From the NCBI GenBank assembly GCA_964577935.1, contig CAZOAJ010000001.1, positions 14,208-78,207 on the forward strand: a stretch of DNA of 64,000 bases, written 5' to 3'. The translations under genes and the position numbers were made by a program. Below, piece by piece: positions 11,101-19,897 of the stretch (the stretch's first letter is position 1; each line of letters begins with the position of its first letter). The stretch comes from an uncultured bacterium. GTDB lineage: Bacteria; Chlamydiota; Chlamydiia; Chlamydiales; FEN-1388. The notes under the pieces were generated by a model. The model saw only the letters and a program-made list of their open reading frames with translations, had not been told where the DNA came from and ran no database searches.

Positions 11101-14100
11101 CTTCAGAAAGGCCTTGAGAACTTTTTTTCGGCTCCCTCAGCAGGGATATAATTTCTTTAAATGGCGCTTTGTGTTTCTCGTTTTCCAATTTCTGAAGTCT
11201 TATGGAGAGATCAAGAGGTAAGCGTGATGAAAGTCGATTAAGCTCCTGCAAAGTACTTAAGTCGAAGTCCCCAGAATGCTCCTTGATAAGATTTTGCAGA
11301 GATTCCCGGTTTCTTGAGAGACTATATTCTCCAGGGCGAATCGATCGATTGATTTTCCATACAAGCTTACCGATAAGGGTGGTTGGTTTTTGTTCTAAGA
11401 TGATGTTTGTGCCGATTTTTCGAATTATTGCTTGCTGGGCTATTGATTCACCCATTTTGAGGGATGCTTTCAGGTGCGCAAAACTTGCGTTAAGAAGCTG
11501 TGAGCTTGATAGGGGTTTGTTTTGTTGCGATGGCTCAGTTCGTCGTCCGGTCAAATATTCCATTAAAAGATAGGGAGATGCAAAGCTTGCTCCTGAAATA
11601 TCTGATACCAGGTAAGTTGTCCCAAAAAGAGAATTTTGAAAATGGAAGCGTTCTGTTTTTCTTGAATCGTCAGCTCCTGTCCAGTTGATAACTGCCTGTT
11701 GGGCATTATCTAGAAACTGGATCTGCATTTTAGAATCTACTTCTGTAATCGATGAATTCACTTCCTTGAGGAGATCTTCAAGTCGATATTTCCAATTTTC
11801 AAAGTGTTCTCTTGTTCCTTGGAATAATCCTTTAAAGAATTGCTGTATCGAGAGCTTGAATTTCTCATAGGGCGAGAATGTAGGGGCATTGCCGACGATA
11901 GGTTTTTCAACCATCGCTTCAATTTTTGAAGGTTCTTCAACTTGTACTCGCAAAAGTTCATTTTCAATTGAAATAAGTACCTTATTTTCCTCGATTAAGT
12001 AGCTTCTGAGAGACTCATTCTTTTCAGATGAAAGCCTATTAAGATTTTCATTTTGTTTTTTTCGAAGTACCTCAAGCTTTTTCTGCTCTGGCAGCTGGTT
12101 TATAAGACCTTTAATCGAAGTGAGAAGGGTTTCAGTTATCGATGCTTGCAGCGATGAGTCTTCTTTAAGATCCTCGTGGGAAGTAATTCCTAAAAAGACC
12201 TCATCATGCGCTCTTTTAATCTCTTCTGAAAGCATTTGATATTCTTGAGCTTTCTTATTGAAGTTTTCAGCTTTTGAGGGTTGGTGGGCTATTGTAAACG
12301 CTTTTGCCTTAAAATGGCACTCTTGAGCTCTTTGTGCATAATGGCGCCCTTGTCCCAAAAGCACATGCGACATGTTCCTCATAGAGAATAGATCATTATA
12401 GATCCTGATTTTTTCCTGAATATCTATTGAGTTGAATATCCCTGTGAGCATTTGACAATCTGGACCTGTGAGGGGAAAAGCATCCCTCAAAATTTTTTCT
12501 TCGAGGATTTTAAGATCTTTAATCCCTTTTGGATCATATGCTTTTGATCCTTGAATCAGACTTTTTAGTAGGAAATGGACGTCTTGCCTTGGCAGTGATT
12601 GTGTCCAAGCCGTTGTTGCATTAATAATAGATCGTTGATCGTCCTGCCCAAGATCGGCTTGATTGAAGAGATAGCAGACGTAGGAACTTGCGATTTGTTG
12701 ATTTTGGCGTAACAGAGGCCTTTCTTTTTCAGAAACGTTTTCCTCTGATGTTCTTAAGTAATTTAAAAGATTTTTCTCCTCAGGTGGAAGGGTTGATATA
12801 TATTTTTCTTTCTCGAGTATTTCAAGCATTTGATGAGCTTTTTGGAGTCCAAATTTTGAAATAAATGCAGGTTTTACAATTCTCCGATCTTCCAAGTCTA
12901 TTTGCTTATAGCGTTCTAAAACAAATTCAAGATCCGCCTTTGAGGGGTTTCGTACAAGTGTTTGATAGCTTGCAATCCAGTTTTTTCCGTTCAAATGAAA
13001 CCCTTTTGTATTTGCCACGATAAAAAGAATCTCTTCTCTTTCCCTGTCGGAGAGGAGGTAGAATTCTCGAATGGTCATTTGGGCAACAGCGAGCTTTTCT
13101 CCGTCCTCAAGTTTCCAGTATTCTTGGCAAATTCCTCGATCACTCAGTTCAGCTGTATTTATTTTCTTTTCTTTAAGAAGTTTACAGGCTCGTTCTTTAA
13201 GCTCTGGATTGCCTTCCAAGAGAGTAGGTGTGAGCATAAGCTTGCGCCTTTTTGCTCCCAGAATATCGAAGGCGGCAAGTGTTTTTGCTCCTATTGATTC
13301 AATCGGTTCAATGGATATGACATTCTTTTCTTTCGACTGTTGAAGAAAGTTGTTTAAGTCTTTTATTTGAGGTTCAGTCAAGGTTCTACTAATTATGGCC
13401 TGCTCAATAAGGTGCTTTTTCTCAAGAGAAGAGAGTTTTTTAAAGGCTTCAATTCGTTTTGGATCAATAATGGCTGCAATTTTTTCTGAATTTGTGCCGG
13501 CAAGTGTAGTTTGAATGCTTGTATGGAGAGATTCTGCCGCTGCGCCCGCAAATTCAAAGACGTTTTCGGTACTTTGTCCTATGTTTGTTCCCATACGTAA
13601 CAAGGCATTAGAAAGAACCTGAAATGCGGGGCGAACATTTGAAGAGATGTCGCCTGATATCGCACGCAAATATCGCGCCGTACCTCTTCCGATGAGTTTT
13701 ACGGCAAAGTCTCCAAAGACATAATCCATTGCTGTACTGGCCGTGGAAAAGGTGTACGTGCCTAAGGTGCCCAGCCATCCGGGTTTTGAGGCTTTGTATT
13801 TCTCATTCAAAGAATCAAGATAGTTTTTCACCGCTTGCGGCCCTTGAATAAGGGCTATGTTTTTACATTGTGCATAATGGATAGCTAGATCGCCTGCCTC
13901 CTTATAGGCTTCAATGACCTTTTCTCCGGCCTTTATATTGAACTGAGCGCCTTCATGGAGTTTTTCAGCGATTCCAACTCCAGATCCGAAAGAGTTGGCA
14001 ATTGTTTCGGTCCATGTCGACTTAAAGTTGCTCAGTGTAGATCTAGCTTCAAGGACCTTTGACGAATCGATTCCCCATGAGCTAAATATCTCTATCATCT

Positions 14101-16822
14101 CACCGGACGGGATGCTTGAAGCTTTGGTGGTGAAGTATTCGCTTAATTGTTTTTGAACAAATTTTGCATGTTCTGGTAGATCAAGCGGTTGAATTGCACT
14201 ACCTTTAATGGCGTCCAATTTTTTTTTAAAATCATCAAAGTTAAGACGTGCATTTTTTGCCCATAGAGTACCAAATTTCGTAGTAAGTTCTGTCGCATAT
14301 GCATTAAATGCTTGCTCAACGGAGCCATTAAAATTTGAAAGCAACTTTTGCGCATTTTGAAGAGAGGCTGCATTATTTAGTACTGGGCCAAAACAGTTGT
14401 CCCATACCCATGCCTCTGTTCCACGGACAGAGCTAAATAGGGTGAGTGAATATTCATTAAATTTAGAGGTTAACTTAAGTGTGTAATCAGTAATTTTTAA
14501 GGAAAGGTCTGTAGCCCATTCCGTTTTCAGTCCCATTTTAATTGAATCAGGGAGGCTTCCGACGAGCATCTCTCCTACTGGGGTAACAAATGACCCAACG
14601 AACCTAATAAGGCCAATGTTCTCTAAAACCCATGCCGATGTGTTAAGGGATTTTTCTGCAAACCACTGAGCGGCCTCTGTATCGCCGGCAGAAGCAATTC
14701 TTGAAGCGATTGCTCCTGCTCCACTTGCGAGTATGTTCCCTGCCTGTCCAAGCTTTTTTGCCCCCGCGTGGAGTGCGCCTTTCGAGATGAGCTCAGGGGA
14801 GAGTTTTTCTTCTAATTCAAGGAGGTCGATTGAGGAAGATGGCGAAATGAGTCCTTCTCGAACTTTTGGCTGAATATTATGCAGGGGATTCTTTGCAGAA
14901 TACCCCTTTTGCGCTTCCTCTTTTGTCTTAATGAGCCGAGCTTTATCGATCTCAAGTTCAGGATGCTTATTGAGGGCTTCGATCAGAAGGTTTAACTTAA
15001 TTTCTTTAAATTCTATGGGAGAGATATTCGGTTTCTTTTTGATAATGGTATCAAGATTTCGTTGAATCTCGGCATCGACTTCGGCAGGAAGCTCTACTAC
15101 CATAAGTGGAGGTGTTTTTTGGTTCAGAAGTTTGCGTAGTCCAAAATGAATCGAGAGAGGAAAAATTGTTTTGAGGGTCTCTTCAAGAGTCTTGGCATCA
15201 TTTTCAGAAAATGTTCTGTTTTGTACGCGGTTTTTGAGTATTGAAAGCTTTTTGAGTATTGATGAAGTTTCTGCCGAAGAAATCCTCTGATCAGGATTTT
15301 TTACCTGATTGCTTTCTTGCAGAGACATTTGCGTGAAATCAAGAATTGAATTTAAGTCCTGAGGTGACATTGCCGTGAATTCTCTATGATTGAGAATGAC
15401 AAATTCATCTTGAAGGTTTTGCGGGAGTTGATTAAATGCATAAATCGCATGATTTTCAACAGCATCTAGGTCATACTCTTCACGAATTGACTTTGAAGAT
15501 TCGCTATTCATTTCAGGGTAGGCTATCCCCGCATCTAAAAATCTTGCCAATTGAGTGAGAATTTTTCCCTGTTCAATTCCCTTTTTTTGAGGGATGCCTC
15601 GGTCGAGAACATACCGTAAAAGAGCCATTTTATTATCTGAAGAGATCTCTGCATAATCGTAGGGAGTCAACATAGACTGAGATTCTTTCGGAAGCTCATT
15701 GTACTGCTCTATAATTCGGGAAAGTAAAGAAGTGTCGTTTTTGCGATTCAATTGAATTGTATTATTTGAAGCAGTAACCCCCAAGATGTTCTTAAGTAAG
15801 ATTTTATTTGATCCTAGGTTAACGGAGCCAGCATTTGCTGAATCATATACTTGCAATGCATCTTCTAAGTCCATTCGTTCTTGAACTACCCGTTTTGGAG
15901 AAACTGGGTGGCGCGGGCTATGTTGGGCAATCCAGAGCATTCGAAAGAGAAATTGATTTCTCTCATTATGTGGGAGTTTAAAGATCGATTCTTTGGTGAT
16001 TTGTTCTCCCTTGGAGTGCATTCGTTTTTTTGTCGGTGGAGCTTGCATTCTTTCAGTAAAGCTTGAAAACCACCCTTGAGCGCCTCTAATGACTTTTTTA
16101 GCAGAGCGGTATGTGCTTTTAATTTCATTTGGATTTTGTAAAAGTTCCCAAGAGTAGTTTTCAAGAGCACTTGCGACGTATGAAGCACTTCCAAAAACAA
16201 GCTTATTCATAAGCCCTATGGCTCCTGAAAAGACTCCTGTAATGCTTCCTAAGACTCCTGTTGCTATTTCTGTTTGATAGAGAACGGTAGTCGTGCTTGT
16301 TTTATCAATCACTCGAGTTGCAAATGTCCCTGCTTTTGCAGCATATGTCGTGGCTTTAACCGCTACGTTAGCAGCCCCTACAACAGATCCAAGAATCGGA
16401 ACCATAGAGAGAATACTGGTTGTAATGTCGGCTGCTGCTCGAGCCTTATCAGCTGATTGATCCACTGCATAAAGTGCCCAATCGAGTCTTCTGGTTGATT
16501 CCTGTATAACCTCTTGAGTTATTTCATGAGCTGAATAGAGTGCAGCAGAAAGTGCTTTTTCACTTGTAAAAATTGGAACTGCATTTTGTGCCAAGTAACT
16601 TGCTCTATGTACCATCCAAGCTAGTGAAAATGTGAGTGCGCTCACCGTCTGAAGGGGTAGTTTTGCTCTCAAAGAAAGATTTTCAGGTCGTTTCTTGAGA
16701 AATTCAACGTCAATCTCGTAATAGACTCGACCGCCCACTTGCTTCAAAGAATCTAGAGCCTGCTGCTTTGATTCGTAAGGAGTAACATTTTGAGGATTGG
16801 GAGAATCGGGACTAATGTTCAT
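8114..16822 (-). CDS. giant hypothetical protein (2902 aa), hydrophobic/Gly-Ala-rich N-terminal region followed by long helical/coiled-coil body; candidate secreted or membrane-anchored effector
   Basis: An uninterrupted 8.7-kb ORF cannot arise by chance at this base composition. The N-terminal ~230 aa hold hydrophobic stretches (LQTVSALTFSLAWMV, ITTSILSMVPILGSVVGAANVAV, GVLGSITGVFSGAIGLMNKLVFG). A second Gly/Ala-rich region (GAKKLGQAGNILASGAGAIASRIASAG) lies near aa 690. The remainder is K/E/L/Q-rich helical sequence with no catalytic motif I can name. Confidence 0.8.
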   Translation of the reverse strand: MNISPDSPNPQNVTPYESKQQALDSLKQVGGRVYYEIDVEFLKKRPENLSLRAKLPLQTVSALTFSLAWMVHRASYLAQNAVPIFTSEKALSAALYSAHEITQEVIQESTRRLDWALYAVDQSADKARAAADITTSILSMVPILGSVVGAANVAVKATTYAAKAGTFATRVIDKTSTTTVLYQTEIATGVLGSITGVFSGAIGLMNKLVFGSASYVASALENYSWELLQNPNEIKSTYRSAKKVIRGAQGWFSSFTERMQAPPTKKRMHSKGEQITKESIFKLPHNERNQFLFRMLWIAQHSPRHPVSPKRVVQERMDLEDALQVYDSANAGSVNLGSNKILLKNILGVTASNNTIQLNRKNDTSLLSRIIEQYNELPKESQSMLTPYDYAEISSDNKMALLRYVLDRGIPQKKGIEQGKILTQLARFLDAGIAYPEMNSESSKSIREEYDLDAVENHAIYAFNQLPQNLQDEFVILNHREFTAMSPQDLNSILDFTQMSLQESNQVKNPDQRISSAETSSILKKLSILKNRVQNRTFSENDAKTLEETLKTIFPLSIHFGLRKLLNQKTPPLMVVELPAEVDAEIQRNLDTIIKKKPNISPIEFKEIKLNLLIEALNKHPELEIDKARLIKTKEEAQKGYSAKNPLHNIQPKVREGLISPSSSIDLLELEEKLSPELISKGALHAGAKKLGQAGNILASGAGAIASRIASAGDTEAAQWFAEKSLNTSAWVLENIGLIRFVGSFVTPVGEMLVGSLPDSIKMGLKTEWATDLSLKITDYTLKLTSKFNEYSLTLFSSVRGTEAWVWDNCFGPVLNNAASLQNAQKLLSNFNGSVEQAFNAYATELTTKFGTLWAKNARLNFDDFKKKLDAIKGSAIQPLDLPEHAKFVQKQLSEYFTTKASSIPSGEMIEIFSSWGIDSSKVLEARSTLSNFKSTWTETIANSFGSGVGIAEKLHEGAQFNIKAGEKVIEAYKEAGDLAIHYAQCKNIALIQGPQAVKNYLDSLNEKYKASKPGWLGTLGTYTFSTASTAMDYVFGDFAVKLIGRGTARYLRAISGDISSNVRPAFQVLSNALLRMGTNIGQSTENVFEFAGAAAESLHTSIQTTLAGTNSEKIAAIIDPKRIEAFKKLSSLEKKHLIEQAIISRTLTEPQIKDLNNFLQQSKEKNVISIEPIESIGAKTLAAFDILGAKRRKLMLTPTLLEGNPELKERACKLLKEKKINTAELSDRGICQEYWKLEDGEKLAVAQMTIREFYLLSDREREEILFIVANTKGFHLNGKNWIASYQTLVRNPSKADLEFVLERYKQIDLEDRRIVKPAFISKFGLQKAHQMLEILEKEKYISTLPPEEKNLLNYLRTSEENVSEKERPLLRQNQQIASSYVCYLFNQADLGQDDQRSIINATTAWTQSLPRQDVHFLLKSLIQGSKAYDPKGIKDLKILEEKILRDAFPLTGPDCQMLTGIFNSIDIQEKIRIYNDLFSMRNMSHVLLGQGRHYAQRAQECHFKAKAFTIAHQPSKAENFNKKAQEYQMLSEEIKRAHDEVFLGITSHEDLKEDSSLQASITETLLTSIKGLINQLPEQKKLEVLRKKQNENLNRLSSEKNESLRSYLIEENKVLISIENELLRVQVEEPSKIEAMVEKPIVGNAPTFSPYEKFKLSIQQFFKGLFQGTREHFENWKYRLEDLLKEVNSSITEVDSKMQIQFLDNAQQAVINWTGADDSRKTERFHFQNSLFGTTYLVSDISGASFASPYLLMEYLTGRRTEPSQQNKPLSSSQLLNASFAHLKASLKMGESIAQQAIIRKIGTNIILEQKPTTLIGKLVWKINRSIRPGEYSLSRNRESLQNLIKEHSGDFDLSTLQELNRLSSRLPLDLSIRLQKLENEKHKAPFKEIISLLREPKKSSQGLSEDQKESIITELEKISPTLVKIRTYYSTPLSTNGRNKVDKLKSEVNQYLNDLLTSISTQQYSDLNKIPESLSNKDWKAFEVELSQEIAGKQIDAQQLKQVEAVLNNLTQLVLKSNNIQTTVEYTLTMLYLPKDNKLNSYKSRQIQRLLKALKPEHNENIPLEKAISTITNAVEDINKLTQDQKKALEQFESAFSPLSHKQRTLIKKLKSIQERIKQGIALSPQDIQLITYGEEFINQVPEFRQTLIEAQIQIRKWEMALIEAEKKAAILPLAREDVLDRIHSSIDSVQDAKESLKEFYQHLETNLIPFPVQSNSDHTKTPLSLRFTNLWTAKSTDIETQLVEIEEATKLAQGGVHIGPSVAQVEQLKKLYESLELQDQVSFDALTKSTSPIEKMKVLKAAASAWQRSQIGSDLPGEGDPFIDILDTDLKRFPLNHNQADLCRSAILQAGNSSTLIQQLIQEDVNKFENVDPLDLEDLASIDMILKEGTLFLSKSFSELLEVKKLMKAPPEEPLDYLNQASFLCSSLYQGAYGLIDAAHLDKEEKASILLSLRLATSLSFPSGKVYTSASCPSQEEISLKVRIFSDFLSAGLSRIPNWEQQKLSIATFDKSNFEHTKSYQELISELKNRFTADKIKLPQGETQLYTTVSRLMSALGNKDVPVIKDIGAALFVQLSKILKEDQTKSQEELLKDLNLWSTKADILTSSKTIEKFKDYCDATQSLEEQKASLIRSAALVDSYDTHTKLQEVSKLQKMIQEKIQAKLSGYLRNDVSHEALPIIDISEKEHTLPKFTPSDDLLAAWKARYEAKHAKKPLIGEIQANAKKELSSALKNNMLNANDAATIRSMLDTQNFATTLFIEECLYPLTQPLETRPDKIVEQKRECTSRLIALNLVIQTQEWLKNKKRSLTDVEKNKLNKILSMIGLTYIDPAGVVVDEKHPNAYPIITYDTLRWIVPDIFDLLGATQKLDPFITSFDPKTGIEKIGLIDLLGELERIPNI

Positions 16823-16948
16823 AAGTCATAGTTTTTTATTTATAGATTACATTAGCAAATTTAAAAAATTAATAGATAGAAGCCCTTAACCTTTAACCTG
16901 ATCTTCACTATGATCTGCTTTTCAAGTCGATTTAGAGGTGTGGAGTTC

Positions 16949-17704
16949 ATGAACGAATCGGATCATTTTAAAGGAAAAAACCCTCTTCAGCATATTGTAG
17001 AGGTTCAGGCTGGAGGTATTGAGAAGTCAAGTGAGATTCATGGGGTAGAGACTCCTGGAATGGTATTTGCCTTTTATGATTCATTTCGGGAAGTTTCTGT
17101 CCTTATTGCTCTTTTTGCATTAGTAGCTCACTACTACGCTTTTACCTTTCATCAATCGGTTATTATTGCCCTTTCGCTGTCATGCGGATATGTCTTATGG
17201 AGGTTTTGTCGAGCAGCTCATCTAGCTTATTTTCGGTTAGAACGCCTTCATCGAGTTGCTTTTGAAGAAAAGCGAGAAATTGAATGTAATCGCGATCAGG
17301 AAAAGGAGGAGCTTAAGGCCTTATATCGAGTAAAAGGCTTTGAAGGTGAATTGCTTGATGATGTAGTAAACGTTTTAATGGCTGATAGCGAACGATGTCT
17401 TCGGGTTATGCTTGAAGAGGAGATGGGATTTCGTTTAGAAGAAAACCAACATCCTCTTTTGCTTGGACTTGGAGGGGCTCTTGGCGTGATAGCTTCATTT
17501 ATTGTCTCGCTTGGGCTTTATTATTTATTTGACATCCAAGGTGTATGTATCGGAGCTGTTTTAGTGTCTGCATATACATGGAGCTATGTAGCAAATAGGG
17601 AGCGAAATCGAATAATTCCTGCATTTGTCTGGGGTGCTTCAGAGGCGATTGCCTCAATTTTGGTAGCCTATTTTATGTTGGAAGTCTTGCATAAAAGCAT
17701 CTAA
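16949..17704 (+). CDS. VIT1/CCC1-family-like membrane protein (putative Fe/Mn transporter), divergent
   Basis: EEKREIECNRDQEKEELKALYRVKGFEGELLDDVVNVLMADSERCLRVMLEEEMGFRLEENQHPLLLGLGGALGVIASFIV parallels the cytoplasmic metal-binding helices and following TM of VIT family proteins (compare Arabidopsis VIT1 ELKREQEEI...MRFELGLEKPDP). The N-terminal TM region lacks the usual GxxDG motif. I chose ATG 16949 as the start. The ORF-track start is 16910. Confidence 0.55.
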   Translation: MNESDHFKGKNPLQHIVEVQAGGIEKSSEIHGVETPGMVFAFYDSFREVSVLIALFALVAHYYAFTFHQSVIIALSLSCGYVLWRFCRAAHLAYFRLERLHRVAFEEKREIECNRDQEKEELKALYRVKGFEGELLDDVVNVLMADSERCLRVMLEEEMGFRLEENQHPLLLGLGGALGVIASFIVSLGLYYLFDIQGVCIGAVLVSAYTWSYVANRERNRIIPAFVWGASEAIASILVAYFMLEVLHKSI

Positions 17705-17839
17705 GATGTATCAACTCTTGTGACGAAGCGTTCTGTGTCGATGGAATCTTCAAAGTGGCTGACAGTTCTTCGCAATATGAGAGAGTAACAAAATCAGGAG
17801 ACGTACCTCCTGGAATATATTAACGAGAAATATAACTTC

Positions 17840-19867
17840 ATGACTGCTCAGAAAAACAACAAGCTTTCTGAATGTGAAATACCCCTTAAATTTCCATTCG
17901 CACGGAGAAAACTTCGTGAAGTCACCTTCTTGAAATTTTTTGCTTTAGGGCTTGAAGAAAGCCTCAGTCCTTTTTTGAATCCATTTGCTAGAAATTTGAG
18001 TAAGAATCTGTCCTTCAGGTCTTCCATTTTCGCTGCAATCCTATTAATGATTGCATTCAGCTTCCATATAATACTGCCTGCCCAGTCAGTTGATTATATA
18101 TTTTTAACGCTTTGTTTATTGATCGTTGCTCCATCTGCCTTGATTGAATCAATTCAGGACATCATCCATGGAGATATAAACATCGATGTTTTGATGGTTG
18201 TTGCTTCCTTGGGGGCCTGTCTCTTAGGAAGAGGATTTGAAGGGGCTCTTCTGCTTGTTTTGTTTGCAATATCCGGAGCCATGGAAGATTTTGTTACTTT
18301 AAAGGCAAAAAAAAATCTTACAGGACTTGAGGATCTCGTTCCTGAGAAAGCAACTCTTATAGATAAGAGTGTTTTATATGAAAAAGCTGTTGTTGACATC
18401 AACAAGGGAGAGATAATTCTTATTCGTCATGGTGAGATTGTCCCCTTGGATGGAACTGTGGTTGAGGGTGAAGGGGCTCTTTCTTTAGCGCATCTTACCG
18501 GGGAATCAAATCCTATTTCTACCAGAATTGGGAGTGAAGTAGTTTCTGGAGGACGGCTTCTTGAAGGGTCTATTAAGGTTCTTGTCGATCGAACGTCTAG
18601 CAATTCAACATTAACAAGGCTTGTTCGATTAGTTACACAAGCACATGAAACAAAGCCTGCGCTGACAAAAACATTTGAGAAATTCGGCAAGATATATGCT
18701 TCAACCATCATGCTTGCATCATTCCTTGCTGCAATATTACTTCCTTTATTTGGTATTCCCTTTATGGGAGATTCGGGGTCGGTTGTTCGAGCCCTCTCAT
18801 TTCTAATTACAGCTTCTCCGTGTGCGTTAGTATTGGCTATTCCCATTGCATACATAAGCTCGCTTGGATTAATTGCGAAGAAGGGGATTGTCGTCAAAGG
18901 TTCTCACATCTTGGATGCACTTGTTATGTGCCACTCTGTTGCATTCGATAAAACGGGGACATTGACATATGGCAAGCTGCGGTTATCCAGTGAACTGCCC
19001 GAAGATAAGCTGAGTCTTATTGCCTCGATAGAAAGAGGCTCTACTCATCCGATTGGAACAGCTCTTGTAGAAGAGGCATCTAGTCGAGCGATTCCTCTTC
19101 TTGAGGTGGCTGATTTTCGTTCCTATCCAGGGCGGGGGGTTGAGGGAGAGGTTATTGTAGATGGAGTCCGAAAGAAAGTTTTCGTTTTAAATGTCGAAGA
19201 GGCTCTTGTTCATACTTCACTTGATGATTCAGCGAGAGAAGATTTGCTGTCACAAGCTAAAGATGCACGAAATAATGGGTTTGTCACTGCATGTGCAGTC
19301 ATAGATGGGGAAGGCTTTCTTTTGCGATTTGATGACATTCTGCGGCCTGGAATAGAAGAGCTTGTAGATCGACTCAATGTTATGGGTAAAGAGCTCTTTA
19401 TGCTTACGGGTGATAGCGAAGAAAATGCTATGAAAGTAGCTACGACCATTGGAATCGATAATGTTGAAGCAAGCTTGAAGCCGGAAGATAAGCTCCAGCG
19501 TATCAAAGAGCTTTCGCAGATGACGGGTCTTATAATGGTTGGGGATGGGGTTAATGATGCTCCTGCTCTTGCTCGCGCCACCGTTGGAGTTTCTATGGGG
19601 ACCATGTCAAGTGCAACTGCAAGAGAGGCTTCTGATATTATTTTATTACAAGATTCTCTTGATCTTTTAGATTGGCTGCTACGGCAGGCGATTCGTACTC
19701 AATACGTTGTCATGCAAAACTTGATTTTGGCACTTTTAGTTATTGTATTGGCCTCAATCTCCGCTCTTTTTGGCGAGCTTGCGCTTTGGCAAGCTGTCTG
19801 TCTTCATGAAGGAGGAACAGTTCTTGTCGGATTAAACGGCTTAAGGTTATTAAGAGATAGATCTTAA
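17840..19867 (+). CDS. P1B-4-type heavy-metal (Co/Zn/Fe-class) exporting P-type ATPase
   Basis: P-type motifs present: DKTGTLT (phosphorylation site), TGES, MLTGD, GDGVNDAPALA. The TM motif is SPC (TASPCALVLAIP) rather than CPC. HEGGTVLVGLNGLRLL sits in the last TM, and there is no N-terminal CxxC metal-binding domain. Together these mark the P1B-4 subgroup in the Arguello classification (recalled from memory). Confidence 0.9.
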   Translation: MTAQKNNKLSECEIPLKFPFARRKLREVTFLKFFALGLEESLSPFLNPFARNLSKNLSFRSSIFAAILLMIAFSFHIILPAQSVDYIFLTLCLLIVAPSALIESIQDIIHGDINIDVLMVVASLGACLLGRGFEGALLLVLFAISGAMEDFVTLKAKKNLTGLEDLVPEKATLIDKSVLYEKAVVDINKGEIILIRHGEIVPLDGTVVEGEGALSLAHLTGESNPISTRIGSEVVSGGRLLEGSIKVLVDRTSSNSTLTRLVRLVTQAHETKPALTKTFEKFGKIYASTIMLASFLAAILLPLFGIPFMGDSGSVVRALSFLITASPCALVLAIPIAYISSLGLIAKKGIVVKGSHILDALVMCHSVAFDKTGTLTYGKLRLSSELPEDKLSLIASIERGSTHPIGTALVEEASSRAIPLLEVADFRSYPGRGVEGEVIVDGVRKKVFVLNVEEALVHTSLDDSAREDLLSQAKDARNNGFVTACAVIDGEGFLLRFDDILRPGIEELVDRLNVMGKELFMLTGDSEENAMKVATTIGIDNVEASLKPEDKLQRIKELSQMTGLIMVGDGVNDAPALARATVGVSMGTMSSATAREASDIILLQDSLDLLDWLLRQAIRTQYVVMQNLILALLVIVLASISALFGELALWQAVCLHEGGTVLVGLNGLRLLRDRS

Positions 19868-19897
19868 GCGTGATGCGTCAAATCTATTGGAGGGTAT

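Noticed and set aside
8114-16822. Possibility that the giant ORFs (also 31475-40360) are homologues of the chlamydial cytotoxin / lymphostatin (LifA/Efa1, TC0437-type) family
   Set aside because: I could not find the glycosyltransferase DXD context or the Cys-His-Asp protease signature expected for that family, nor any HExxH. Without a search I will not make this call.
18427-19605. Minus-strand ORFs of 156 aa (18427-18897) and 131 aa (19210-19605) within the P-type ATPase gene
   Set aside because: They are antisense to a gene with all the canonical P-type motifs. Both are Ser/Pro/Arg-rich shadow frames.
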